This document shows positions 10,404 through 20,000 of a stretch of 64,000 bases of DNA, one piece after another. The notes beneath the pieces are model-generated. The model had not been told where the DNA came from and did not search any database. It was given only the letters and a program-made list of their open reading frames with translations. The DNA is from Sulfurimonadaceae bacterium (GTDB lineage: Bacteria > Campylobacterota > Campylobacteria > Campylobacterales > Sulfurimonadaceae). A program made the position numbers and the translations under genes. Within the stretch, counting starts at the first letter, position 1. Each line of letters opens with the position of its first letter. The stretch is from contig JBFFUI010000002.1 in the NCBI GenBank assembly GCA_041571435.1, positions 1-64,000 of the forward strand. The letters are read 5' to 3'.

Positions 10404-11652
10404 TAAATTATTTAAAAATTCATTTATCTATGTACTTGGAGATGTACTTAATAAAGCAGTACCTTTTTTTATGCTGCCTGTACTCACAAGATATTTAACT
10501 CCTGAAGATTATGGAATTATTTCAATATTTGGTGTATTTGTATCGATTCTTTCAGTATTTACTGGACTTAGTATTCATGGTGCAATAAATGTGAATTTTT
10601 TTAAAATGCAAAAAAATGAAATTAAAATTTTTATTGGTAATTGTCTAATAGTATTAAACATATCGACACTACTTGTTTTATTAATAGTTTATTTGTTACA
10701 TCCCATTATTGCAGAAAGGTTAGCTTTAGAGACAGAATGGCTCATAGTTGCAGTTTTTTTGGCATTCGCTCAGTTTTTGACAACTGTAAATCTGTTGTTA
10801 TGGATGGTAGAACAAAGACCAAAACCATATAGCCTCTATCAAATATCCCAGACTTTGATGGTAACTTTTTTATCCTTATTGTTTATAGTCGGTTTTGGTC
10901 TGAACTGGGAAGGGCAACTTTTAGCAACTGCTATAGGAACATTGATTTTTTCTGTTATTAGTTTTGTTTTTATTATCAAAAGGGGGTATCTGATTTTTCA
11001 ACCTAACAAAGAGCATATAAAGGATGCTCTTAAATTTGGTGTACCCTTGATCCCACATGCATTGGCAAGCTGGGTGAAGACAGGAGCAGATAGAGTGGTG
11101 CTTATGTCTATCCTTGGTGCAACTGCGACTGGAATATATGCAGTAGGCTATCAAATAGGGATCATAATAAGTGTCTTGGTTACTGCTTTTAATAAAGCAT
11201 GGAGCCCTTATATGTTTAATACTTTATCAAATGAGCCTACAAAGGAAAACAAAAAAAAGATAGTGCTGTTTACGTATATCTATTTTGTAGGGGTTTTGCT
11301 TTTTGCAGTTTGTTTTGCTTATGTCGCAGAGTTGCTAATACCCTACTTTTTGGGTAAAAATTTTACAGCATCTACAGACTTTATACTTTATTTTGCAGTG
11401 GCTTTTGCTTTTCACGGAATGTATTTAATGGTCGGCAACTATATTCTATATACAAAAAATACACATATTTTGGCATATATCACTTTTTCAACATCTGTTT
11501 TACATGTAGGATTGTTGTATGTACTTGTGAACAAAAGTGATGCTATAGGAGCTGCACAAGCTAGTGTAATATCTTTTGCAGTGACATTTTTTGCGGCGTG
11601 GATACTAGCAAGTAGAGTTTATAAAATGCCATGGGGGGCTTGGAGGGTATGA
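10396..11652 (+). CDS. wzx: Wzx-type oligosaccharide flippase
   Basis: Multi-TM; LPVLTRYLTPEDYG, LKFGVPLIPH, DRVVL...GIYAVGYQI motifs typical of the PST/Wzx family. Confidence 0.88.
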   Translation: MFNKLFKNSFIYVLGDVLNKAVPFFMLPVLTRYLTPEDYGIISIFGVFVSILSVFTGLSIHGAINVNFFKMQKNEIKIFIGNCLIVLNISTLLVLLIVYLLHPIIAERLALETEWLIVAVFLAFAQFLTTVNLLLWMVEQRPKPYSLYQISQTLMVTFLSLLFIVGFGLNWEGQLLATAIGTLIFSVISFVFIIKRGYLIFQPNKEHIKDALKFGVPLIPHALASWVKTGADRVVLMSILGATATGIYAVGYQIGIIISVLVTAFNKAWSPYMFNTLSNEPTKENKKKIVLFTYIYFVGVLLFAVCFAYVAELLIPYFLGKNFTASTDFILYFAVAFAFHGMYLMVGNYILYTKNTHILAYITFSTSVLHVGLLYVLVNKSDAIGAAQASVISFAVTFFAAWILASRVYKMPWGAWRV

Positions 11653-13016
11653 AAGCGTCAGAAATAGCAGAGAGACTTTTTGAAATAGAAAAAGAATTAG
11701 ACCTTTTTAATCAACAGATACAAGGTATATATTTTTGGAAGTTGGTTCGATTTGAGGTTTTTATACAACTTAGTCAAATATTGGGTGTATATGAGCAAGC
11801 TCATACAAAAGAGTTTGACTCAATATTTGAGAAAATAATAGCAGTTGTACCAAAGATAAAAAACACATATTTACATAGTGTATTTGTAAGAAGTTCACAA
11901 ATTGATATACTCGTTATAGAACATGGAAGAAAAGTTCTTATAGATAATGAATATGTTGACATCTACACAGAAAATAAAATAAAAGATCTAGATAGAACAG
12001 ATAAAAATTATGAGATAGTAGATAGACCATATCTTGGCAAACATTATCACAAACCTTCAAAAAACAGAAGCTACTTTGAAAATATAACTATAAATTCTTT
12101 ATTGCAAATATTTTTATTAAAAATAAAGTTCACTCAGGATGAAGAGAAGTTTATAAAAACTATTGAAGATAAAGTAAAAGAAGTATTTGATGTAAAGATT
12201 GGCTTAACAGTACACATACAAAAAAGTATCACAATTTTTAAAAGTAAAAAAGCCCAGTATCAAAAGATGCTAAAAAGAAGAGCAGTAAAACAAGTGTTTT
12301 TAGTTGTTTCATACGGTCTTGAAGCTTTTATAGCTGCATGTCAAGAGATTGGTGTGGAGTGTATAGAACTCCAACATGGCACAATGAACTATTACCATGT
12401 AGGGTATAGCTTTCCACATAATGAAAAAATAGCATATTTCCCAGATAAACTTGAGCTTTTTGGTAAATATTGGCAAGACTCTACTCCTTTGCCACTTAAA
12501 TCTGAAGATATTTCTATAGTTGGGTATCCGTATTTAAACAAAATGCTAATCAAGTATAAAAATTTCAAAAAAGAAAAAAACAGAGTGCTCTTTATCTCCC
12601 AAGGTACAGTTGCTACCCAGATGTCAAAAATTGCACTAGAACTTGCTGAAGAAAATAGTAACATAGAAGTCTACTACAAGCTACACCCAGGAGAATTTGG
12701 TAGATGGAAGACTGAGTATAAGTACTTACAAAAAACAGCAAGACCTGAAAACTTACATGTAATAGAAAATGAGATTCATCTTTATGAGCTTATGGCTACT
12801 TCAGAGTTTTTGGTAGGAGTGTATTCTACAGCTATTTTTGAGGGACTAACATTGCAATGCAAAACTATTTTACTTGACTTGCCTGGAGTTGAGTTTTTAG
12901 AATATCTTATCAGAAAAGATATTGTAAAAGTGGCAAGAAGTAAAGAGGATCTAGTAAAATTGATGCAAAAAGATGACTTTAAAAAAATCGATAGAGATTA
13001 CTTTTTCAAGGAGTAA
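11649..13016 (+). CDS. Soluble GT-B-like protein, candidate CMP-nonulosonate transferase
   Basis: IELQHG, LFISQG, YKLHPGE and GVYSTAIFEG motifs resemble CMP-sugar/CDP-polyol transferases; follows wzx; ATG 11649 behind GGAGG. Confidence 0.55.
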   Translation: MKASEIAERLFEIEKELDLFNQQIQGIYFWKLVRFEVFIQLSQILGVYEQAHTKEFDSIFEKIIAVVPKIKNTYLHSVFVRSSQIDILVIEHGRKVLIDNEYVDIYTENKIKDLDRTDKNYEIVDRPYLGKHYHKPSKNRSYFENITINSLLQIFLLKIKFTQDEEKFIKTIEDKVKEVFDVKIGLTVHIQKSITIFKSKKAQYQKMLKRRAVKQVFLVVSYGLEAFIAACQEIGVECIELQHGTMNYYHVGYSFPHNEKIAYFPDKLELFGKYWQDSTPLPLKSEDISIVGYPYLNKMLIKYKNFKKEKNRVLFISQGTVATQMSKIALELAEENSNIEVYYKLHPGEFGRWKTEYKYLQKTARPENLHVIENEIHLYELMATSEFLVGVYSTAIFEGLTLQCKTILLDLPGVEFLEYLIRKDIVKVARSKEDLVKLMQKDDFKKIDRDYFFKE

Positions 13017-13019
13017 AGG

Positions 13020-13538
13020 ATGGTAAAATTGATTAGAGGTTTTTTCGGACTAAAAAGAAAACTGATGGCTAAGTATTATACATGGCGAATAAAAAGAATT
13101 GCAAAAAGCTGTGGCATGGGGTTGAAGGTCAATGGAAAATCTTCTATTGGTAGAAATACACACTTAGGAGACAATGTAAATTTCAATGGTATGAGTATAT
13201 TAGGGGTTGGTACGGTAAAGATAGGTAATAACTTTCACTCAGGTGCAGAATGTATGATGATAACACAATATCATAATTATGATCATGGAACAAAAATTCC
13301 TTACGATGATACATATATTGTTAAAGATATAGTTATAGAAGACCAGGTTTGGCTAGGTAACAAAGTGATTGTTTTAGGTGATGTGACGATTGGAGAAGGC
13401 GCTATTATACAAGCAGGTAGTGTTGTGGTAAATGATATTCCAAAATATGCTATCGCTGGTGGCCATCCTGCAAAAGTATTTTCACAAAGAAATATAGAGC
13501 ATTATGAAAAGTTAAAAAGTGAAGGTAAATTTCATTGA
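13020..13538 (+). CDS. Left-handed beta-helix acyltransferase
   Basis: IEDQVWLG, IGEGAIIQAGSVV, GGHPAK. Confidence 0.87.
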   Translation: MVKLIRGFFGLKRKLMAKYYTWRIKRIAKSCGMGLKVNGKSSIGRNTHLGDNVNFNGMSILGVGTVKIGNNFHSGAECMMITQYHNYDHGTKIPYDDTYIVKDIVIEDQVWLGNKVIVLGDVTIGEGAIIQAGSVVVNDIPKYAIAGGHPAKVFSQRNIEHYEKLKSEGKFH

Positions 13539-13627
13539 TAACTAGACGAGAAACCATAAAAAAATCATATGAACTTATCAAGTGTTTAGAAAAAATACTT
13601 ACTGATATTAGGAGATCATAATTATCA

Positions 13628-14680
13628 ATGAAACAAATAAAATTTTTACTCATCTCAAATATGTATCCAAAAGACAACAATGATTTTTTTGGTGTTTTTA
13701 TCAAGAATATTGAAGACGGTCTACTGAACAACGACATAGACGTTGACAGGATAGTGATTGCAGGGCAAGGCAAAAGTATACGCGAAAAAATAAAAAAATA
13801 TTTTATTTTCTACAGAGAAATACTTAAAACCGATTTTGACAAGTACGATGTCGTTCAAATAAGCTATCCGTCACATACTTACTTTCCCATACTGTTTAAA
13901 ACATTTCACAAAGCAAAATTTGTTGTACGTTTACACGGGCATGACCTCGTTCCTATTAGCTTATTTCAGAACATCGTTTTACTATTTACTAAAATGTCTA
14001 TTTCAAAAGCTGACTTGGTGGTAGTTCCGAGTAACTATTTTTACACTGAACTCCTGAAGATTTCAACGCCTAAAGATTACTATATATACCCTAGCGGCGG
14101 GTTAGACACGCAACGGTTTTATCCAAAGGACGGCATTAAAAACAAAATGTTTACAATTGGGTATGTTGGCCGTCTTGGAGCTGGAAAGGGTGTTGATACT
14201 CTGTTAAAAGCAGTCACAAAATTGAATTTTGATTTTGAACTTATAATAGTGGGCGCCGGCGAGCTTGAAGAGGAGATGAAAGCCCAAGCCAGTCGCTTGC
14301 AAAAAGATCAAAAAGTCTCATTTGCCGGGAAAATCCCCAATGAGAAGCTCGTCGATTACTATAATCTTTTTGATGTATTTATTTTTCCAACGCTTATGCA
14401 AGAAAGTTTTGGAAATGTAGCCATTGAAGCGATGAGTTGTAAAACACCTATAATAGGGTCTAAAATAGGTGGATTGACAGACTATATATTTGACGGAATC
14501 AATGGCTATTTTTTCGAACCAGGCAATGCCGATGCGCTTGCAGAAACCATAACCACGTTTTATCACCTCTCATCAAAAGAAAAAGACGACATAGCAGAAG
14601 AGGCCTATAAAGTTGCGCTGACCTATGAAAAAAGCCATGTAACTAGAGGCTTTATTGCTAAATTGAAAGACCTGTTATGA
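13628..14680 (+). CDS. Glycosyltransferase family 4
   Basis: GYVGRL...KG, ESFGNVAIEAM (EX7E), GS.IGGL. Confidence 0.9.
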   Translation: MKQIKFLLISNMYPKDNNDFFGVFIKNIEDGLLNNDIDVDRIVIAGQGKSIREKIKKYFIFYREILKTDFDKYDVVQISYPSHTYFPILFKTFHKAKFVVRLHGHDLVPISLFQNIVLLFTKMSISKADLVVVPSNYFYTELLKISTPKDYYIYPSGGLDTQRFYPKDGIKNKMFTIGYVGRLGAGKGVDTLLKAVTKLNFDFELIIVGAGELEEEMKAQASRLQKDQKVSFAGKIPNEKLVDYYNLFDVFIFPTLMQESFGNVAIEAMSCKTPIIGSKIGGLTDYIFDGINGYFFEPGNADALAETITTFYHLSSKEKDDIAEEAYKVALTYEKSHVTRGFIAKLKDLL

Positions 14681-15225
14681 AAAGAGTGATGCAAAAGCTA
14701 TTTTTGATCATCTATTATGTTGTCTTGTGGAATTTGCCTAGCAGCAAGTTTTGTAGATTTTGTACCAAAATACGACTTTATTATCTTGAAAATACACTCA
14801 AGATAAAGGCAAGCGATCCAGAATATCGGCATATTGAAATATTTGAAAACCGTATCTACATTTCGGATGCTTCCCATGTCAGTATCGGGTTTGGATGTCA
14901 AATCAATGAAAATGTATTTATACAAGGCGGCACGATAGGAAATCATGTGATGATCGCTCCAAATGTGGCAATTCTTAACAGTACCCACAATATTGAGCGT
15001 ACCGATATTCCTATGGTCATGCAGGAAGATGAGTGGGGAATAGACCCGATCATAGAAGATGATGTATGGATTGGTAGAAACGCGATCATCCTGCCCGGTG
15101 TTATAATCGAAAAAGGAGCTGTTGTCGCTGCTGGCGCGGTGGTAACTTCTAATGTTGAAGAATATGCCATTGTCGGCGGCGTACCTGCAAAGTTTATAAA
15201 ATCCAGACGAGGCGTAAAAAGTTGA
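14677..15225 (+). CDS. Left-handed beta-helix acyltransferase
   Basis: IEDDVWIG, AAGAVVT, VGGVPAK. Confidence 0.87.
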   Translation: MKRVMQKLFLIIYYVVLWNLPSSKFCRFCTKIRLYYLENTLKIKASDPEYRHIEIFENRIYISDASHVSIGFGCQINENVFIQGGTIGNHVMIAPNVAILNSTHNIERTDIPMVMQEDEWGIDPIIEDDVWIGRNAIILPGVIIEKGAVVAAGAVVTSNVEEYAIVGGVPAKFIKSRRGVKS

Positions 15226-15956
15226 AGATAGAATTTTTGGAATATAAAGTTGACAACCTGTCGATGGATGAAACTTTGGAATATATAGAGCATGCTATCG
15301 ATAATCAGCGGCATATCATCAGGGAAGATTTGAATGCCGCAAAAATAGTTTGGATGAAAAAAGATCCCGATTATGCAAAATTGATTATAAACGCTGACCT
15401 CATCAATGCGGATGGACAGTCTGTCGTAATGGCTTCAAAATGGCTAGGCAATCCCATCAAGGAGAGGGTATCCGGTGTTGATTTGATGGAGAGCCTTGTA
15501 TCGTTGGCCTACAAAAAAAATTATAAGATTTTTTTCTTTGGCGCAAAAGAGGAGATTGTACAAACTGTTGTTGAGAAATATGCCGAAATGTATTCTCCCT
15601 CTATTATTGCTGGTTACAGGAATGGTTATTTTACGAAAGATGATGAAGCAACAATCGCTGATGAGATAGGGCAAAGTCGTGCAAATATTGTGTTTATAGG
15701 TATCAGTTCGCCTCTTAAAGAGCAGTTTGTCCATCAATATAAAGACATTATGAATGCGAACTTACTTATGGGTGTAGGCGGCAGCTTTGACGTCGTTGCC
15801 GGAAAAGTCAAGCGTGCACCGGTGTGGATGCAAAATGCCGGATTGGAGTGGTTTTACAGGTTTTTACAGGAACCAAGACGTATGTGGAAACGTTATCTTT
15901 ATACCAACAGTATGTTCATATATCTCGTCTTTAAAGAGAAAATTTTTGGCAGTTAG
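15222..15956 (+). CDS. WecB/TagA/CpsF-family glycosyltransferase (GT26)
   Basis: NADGQSV, ERVSGVDLM, GVGGSFDV, RAPVWMQ..GLEWFYR..QEPRR. Confidence 0.92.
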   Translation: MKIEFLEYKVDNLSMDETLEYIEHAIDNQRHIIREDLNAAKIVWMKKDPDYAKLIINADLINADGQSVVMASKWLGNPIKERVSGVDLMESLVSLAYKKNYKIFFFGAKEEIVQTVVEKYAEMYSPSIIAGYRNGYFTKDDEATIADEIGQSRANIVFIGISSPLKEQFVHQYKDIMNANLLMGVGGSFDVVAGKVKRAPVWMQNAGLEWFYRFLQEPRRMWKRYLYTNSMFIYLVFKEKIFGS

Positions 15957-15982
15957 CCGTCGTTCTAAAAGCCTTGTTTAGC

Positions 15983-15988
15983 TATAAT
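15983..15988 (+). promoter_or_regulatory. Probable sigma70 -10 box for the initiating transferase gene
   Basis: TATAAT upstream of AAGG RBS and GTG 16012. Confidence 0.55.
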
Positions 15989-16011
15989 TTTCAAAAAAGA
16001 GAAGGTAATTA

Positions 16012-17331
16012 GTGAAGAAAATCATCTCAATAGCTACGCTTCTCCTGCTCGATCTTATCGCTGTTTCACTCTCGCTCGTTCTGGCCTATGAACTACGTGA
16101 GTCTCTGGATGCCTATTTTACACTCTCTCACACGCAAGTGTTGTCACATTACCTTGGATTTACACTTCTTTATGCCGTAATACTAATAATGCTGGCCTAC
16201 GAAGGTGTCTATACACGACGTTATGACTTCTGGCATGAGAGCCGCAACATCTTGAAATCTTTAAGCTTTGCCTTTATGATTGTCTTGGCCTATTTGGCAA
16301 TGACAAAAAGTATTGCAGAGTTTTCACGTGCTGTCATCATCTTTAGCTTTATCATCATGGCTTTTCTGATACCACTCTTTAAGAACATTGCAAAAAAGCA
16401 GCTCTACGCTATCGGTCTTTGGCAACGTGAAGCCAAGGTCTATGGTGACGATCAGTTCATCAAAAATGAGATCTTTAACAATCACTATCTAGGGTATATA
16501 GAGGCCAAAAAGAAAGAACCAAAAACCGTTTTTATTAACTCAAAAGACATTGATGCAACGGAACTCCATACCATTATCAGCGAAGAGATACGCAACCGTC
16601 AGGAGGTCGTCTTTATCCCGCTGATGGACGAATATGACCTGACACAGTCGCATATCTACGAACTCTCCAACACACGCACAAACCTCATCGTTTTTCAAAA
16701 CCGTCTGAGAAGCCGTTACAGAATGCTACTAAAACAGTTGTCCGACGCATTGATGTTCGTTATCGCGTTCCCACTGCTACTGCCTGTTCTTGCCCTGATC
16801 GCTTTAAAGATCAAAAAAGAGGAACCGGATGGTTCCATCTTGTTCAAGCAGGAGCGCATCGGTAAAGACGACAAGACCTTTGTCTGTTATAAGTTCAGAA
16901 CCATGGCGGAAAACGGCGATGCCATACTTCAAAGTTATCTTCAGGAGCACCCTGAAGAGGTCGAGAACTATGCCAAGTATCATAAGTATGAGAACGATCC
17001 GCGTATCACCAAAATAGGTCATCTGCTGCGCAGGACATCCCTTGATGAACTGCCGCAGATCTTTAATGTCTTCAAAGGGGAGATGAGTTTTGTCGGCCCG
17101 CGCCCCTATATGCTCAATGAAAAAGATAAGATCGGGGAAAACCTTTCGACAATTTTAGCCGCAAAACCTGGTATTACTGGGTTGTGGCAGGTGAGCGGAC
17201 GAAGCGACGTCGATTTTTTTGAACGGGTCGATCTTGATGTCTGGTACATACAGAACTGGAACTTGTGGATGGATCTTGTGATCTTGATCAAAACGGTTAA
17301 GACGGTGCTGCTGCGCAAAGGGGCCAGTTAG
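16012..17331 (+). CDS. Undecaprenyl-phosphate hexose-1-phosphate transferase (WbaP/WcaJ-like)
   Basis: N-terminal TMs; YKFRTM, DPRITKIG..LRRTSLDELPQ, GPRP, KPGITGLWQVSGR. Confidence 0.92.
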   Translation: MKKIISIATLLLLDLIAVSLSLVLAYELRESLDAYFTLSHTQVLSHYLGFTLLYAVILIMLAYEGVYTRRYDFWHESRNILKSLSFAFMIVLAYLAMTKSIAEFSRAVIIFSFIIMAFLIPLFKNIAKKQLYAIGLWQREAKVYGDDQFIKNEIFNNHYLGYIEAKKKEPKTVFINSKDIDATELHTIISEEIRNRQEVVFIPLMDEYDLTQSHIYELSNTRTNLIVFQNRLRSRYRMLLKQLSDALMFVIAFPLLLPVLALIALKIKKEEPDGSILFKQERIGKDDKTFVCYKFRTMAENGDAILQSYLQEHPEEVENYAKYHKYENDPRITKIGHLLRRTSLDELPQIFNVFKGEMSFVGPRPYMLNEKDKIGENLSTILAAKPGITGLWQVSGRSDVDFFERVDLDVWYIQNWNLWMDLVILIKTVKTVLLRKGAS

Positions 17332-17347
17332 CCTCGTTAAGCAGGTT

Positions 17348-19054
17348 CTACTGCAGCTCTCCCGATAGGCGCTGATAAACGGCCGAGTTCTCCAGCAGCT
17401 CTGCATGTGTGCCTCTGTCTACGATCTCACCCGCCTGAAAGACCAGGATCTGGTCCGCATGCTCGATCGTGCTGAGGCGGTGGGCAATGGTGATGGTGAT
17501 CTTGTCTTTCGCATACTCTTCCAACGCCTTTTGAATGCGTTTTTCACTCTCGTTGTCCAGTGCACTGGTCGCTTCATCCAAAATGAGCAAAGAAGCGTTT
17601 TTGTAGATGGCACGGGCGATGGCAATACGCTGGCGCTGACCGCCGGAGAGATTGGCACCGAACTCTTCCATCATGGTGTGGATACCCTCTTCCAGACCCA
17701 TGGCAAAGTCATATGCGTCGGCATGCTTCAATGCCTCTATGACCCTCTCTTCATCCACTTCATGTCCATATGCGACGTTTTGTGCCAAGGTGTCCTGCAT
17801 GATATAGACGCGTTGTGAGACGATCGCGATCTTCTCCCGCAGTGCATGCTGCTGATACGCTTTGATATCGGTGTTGTTTATCTTCACCGCGCCCTTCGTC
17901 GCATCGTAAAAACGGATTAACAGGTTGACAAGCGAACTCTTGCCGCCGCCGCTGTCGCCGACCAAAGCGATATTCTGTCCTTCATGAACACTCAGGTTGA
18001 TATTGCACAGTACCTGTTTGTCACCGTAGAAGAGATCGACATCTTCTATCTCTATCGTTTTAATCTTACCGGCTATCTCTTTCTCGCCGTCAACGATCTT
18101 GTTTTCACGGTCCAAAACATCAAAAATACGTTCACTGGCGGCTATTGCATCCTGGATCTTGCTGTAGATCGTCCCGATCCTGCGTATGGGCTGAAAGACC
18201 AAACCGACACCGGTCAAAAAGGCCGTAAACTCCCCGACCGTCATACTGCCCTCATAGACTTGTCTTCCGGCCATGAAGATCACAATGGCCAGTGCAGCCG
18301 CCCCGATCAGCTCCATGATAGGCGAGATGATCTCACCGACATAGACTGCTTTCATGTTGATCTTGAAAAACATCCAGTTCTCTTTTGAGAAACGCTCCAT
18401 CTCATACTCTTCGGTCGCATTGGCTTTGATGATTTCGCTGTTGTTGAACACCTCCGTCAAACGGACCACGACATCGGCATTCTTTGCCTGTGAGCGGTGT
18501 GAATACTTTTTCAGTTTTCTTGCGATCAGGACGATAGGATAAAAGACAAGAGGGACCACTACGAGAGAGTAAAAAGCCAGCTCCGGGCTCAAATAGATGA
18601 CATACCCAACCAGGGCGACAACCGTCAGGGATTCACGGAAAAGATCCGGAAGCATATTGGCAACAAAATACTGGATACGAGTCAGATCGTTGGTCAGTCG
18701 CGAGATCAGTTCACCGCTTCGGTTGATGTAAAGGAACTCCATGTCAAAATAGAGTATCTTCTCAAGCAGCATCTCTCTGAAACGGGTAATAATATGCTGT
18801 CCGACATAGGACATGAACACCGTCTGAACATAGCGCCCTAACGCTTTGATCACATAGATAAGTATCAAAAACAGCGGTATAAGATAGAGCATCTTCTGGT
18901 CTTTTTCGATGAACATATCGTCCATCAACGGCTGCATGATCTGCGCTGTGGCGACCGTTGCAGCGACCGTCAAAACGATGCCGATGAAAATCATGAAAAA
19001 TTGAAGTTTATACTCTCTGATATATGGCCAGTAACGCGAAATTGTTGCTTTCAA
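17348..19054 (-). CDS. msbA: Lipid A/LOS ABC exporter (MsbA-like)
   Basis: TM domain + NBD (GDSGGGKS, LSGGQRQR, LDEATSALD, IAHRLSTI); likely TTG start 19054 behind AGGAG; located in the LPS core locus. Confidence 0.8.
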   Translation of the reverse strand: MKATISRYWPYIREYKLQFFMIFIGIVLTVAATVATAQIMQPLMDDMFIEKDQKMLYLIPLFLILIYVIKALGRYVQTVFMSYVGQHIITRFREMLLEKILYFDMEFLYINRSGELISRLTNDLTRIQYFVANMLPDLFRESLTVVALVGYVIYLSPELAFYSLVVVPLVFYPIVLIARKLKKYSHRSQAKNADVVVRLTEVFNNSEIIKANATEEYEMERFSKENWMFFKINMKAVYVGEIISPIMELIGAAALAIVIFMAGRQVYEGSMTVGEFTAFLTGVGLVFQPIRRIGTIYSKIQDAIAASERIFDVLDRENKIVDGEKEIAGKIKTIEIEDVDLFYGDKQVLCNINLSVHEGQNIALVGDSGGGKSSLVNLLIRFYDATKGAVKINNTDIKAYQQHALREKIAIVSQRVYIMQDTLAQNVAYGHEVDEERVIEALKHADAYDFAMGLEEGIHTMMEEFGANLSGGQRQRIAIARAIYKNASLLILDEATSALDNESEKRIQKALEEYAKDKITITIAHRLSTIEHADQILVFQAGEIVDRGTHAELLENSAVYQRLSGELQ

Positions 19055-19169
19055 ATAGACTCCTGTATACCGTATTATATCAGCCATTTCTAAATGCAGG
19101 GCGGCGCTCTCTTGACGCCTTTAAGAGAGCAACAGATATAATTTCCACAACTCTTTAAAGGTCAATGGA

Positions 19170-20000
19170 TTGCGCAAAAAAGTATCTGTCATTATACGGG
19201 TTTATGACCGTATAGAGGACTTGGAAAAAAACCTTCATATCATCGCCACACTTTGGGAGCTTCATGACTATAGCGTCACCGTAGTATTCAATGGTCATGA
19301 TGCAGGTTATAAGCTCACTGACACCGTCAAAGATCACGCTGATAAGATCATCACACTGGAGAAGAATGCCGGGCACCTCAAAGGCAACTCGCAACTGGTC
19401 ATCGAAGCGTTAAGGCAGGCTGATGACGATTCGGACTACACGCTGCTGCTTGAAGCGGACACCTGGCTTATGGGTGACGGACTGATCGACAGATACATCA
19501 ACAAGATGGAGCATACAGAGACCGTCTGGGCCAGCAGTGAATGGGTCGAATCACGCTGGTCTTTGGGGCTGGATTTCATCCTCTTAAAAACCCCTTTTGT
19601 ACGTAGTGCCGATCCAACCCTTTTTAATTATGAATCACGACCGGAGATGTATGTCTGTGAAAAGATGATGGAGAACCATTATCCCTTTACCTATGTCAAA
19701 GAGCTTATGCCTGTTCACCGGCCCTCCGCCATTAAAGACATCTACCATGCCGACGGCGGCAGGTTGAGGCTCTTTCCCCGTGCCAAAATGGTGACCCATC
19801 ATATCGAGAATCTTGCCGGGGGAATGGCACAGAAACTTTATCTAGCTGACGTCTGTTACGGCAAGCCGTTTTTTACGCAGACACCGAAGCTGCAGCTGCG
19901 GCTTCATAACCTGGGGTACAGGCTGCTGGAGTTAATATTAAAAATTGTGCCGCGTTCGGCATGGTTCGAAAAAAAGAAACTGACCTTCAAAAAAGCCTGA
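19170..20000 (+). CDS. GT2-like glycosyltransferase
   Basis: KVSVII N-terminus, VVFNG, NAGH..G, LLEADTW (ExD); TATAAT at 19137-19142. Confidence 0.6.
   Translation: MRKKVSVIIRVYDRIEDLEKNLHIIATLWELHDYSVTVVFNGHDAGYKLTDTVKDHADKIITLEKNAGHLKGNSQLVIEALRQADDDSDYTLLLEADTWLMGDGLIDRYINKMEHTETVWASSEWVESRWSLGLDFILLKTPFVRSADPTLFNYESRPEMYVCEKMMENHYPFTYVKELMPVHRPSAIKDIYHADGGRLRLFPRAKMVTHHIENLAGGMAQKLYLADVCYGKPFFTQTPKLQLRLHNLGYRLLELILKIVPRSAWFEKKKLTFKKA

Noticed and set aside
11251-15520. A8 runs in wzx and the WecB/TagA gene as phase-variation tracts
   Set aside because: Both genes are in frame, such runs are expected in AT-rich DNA, and no long poly-G/C tract was seen
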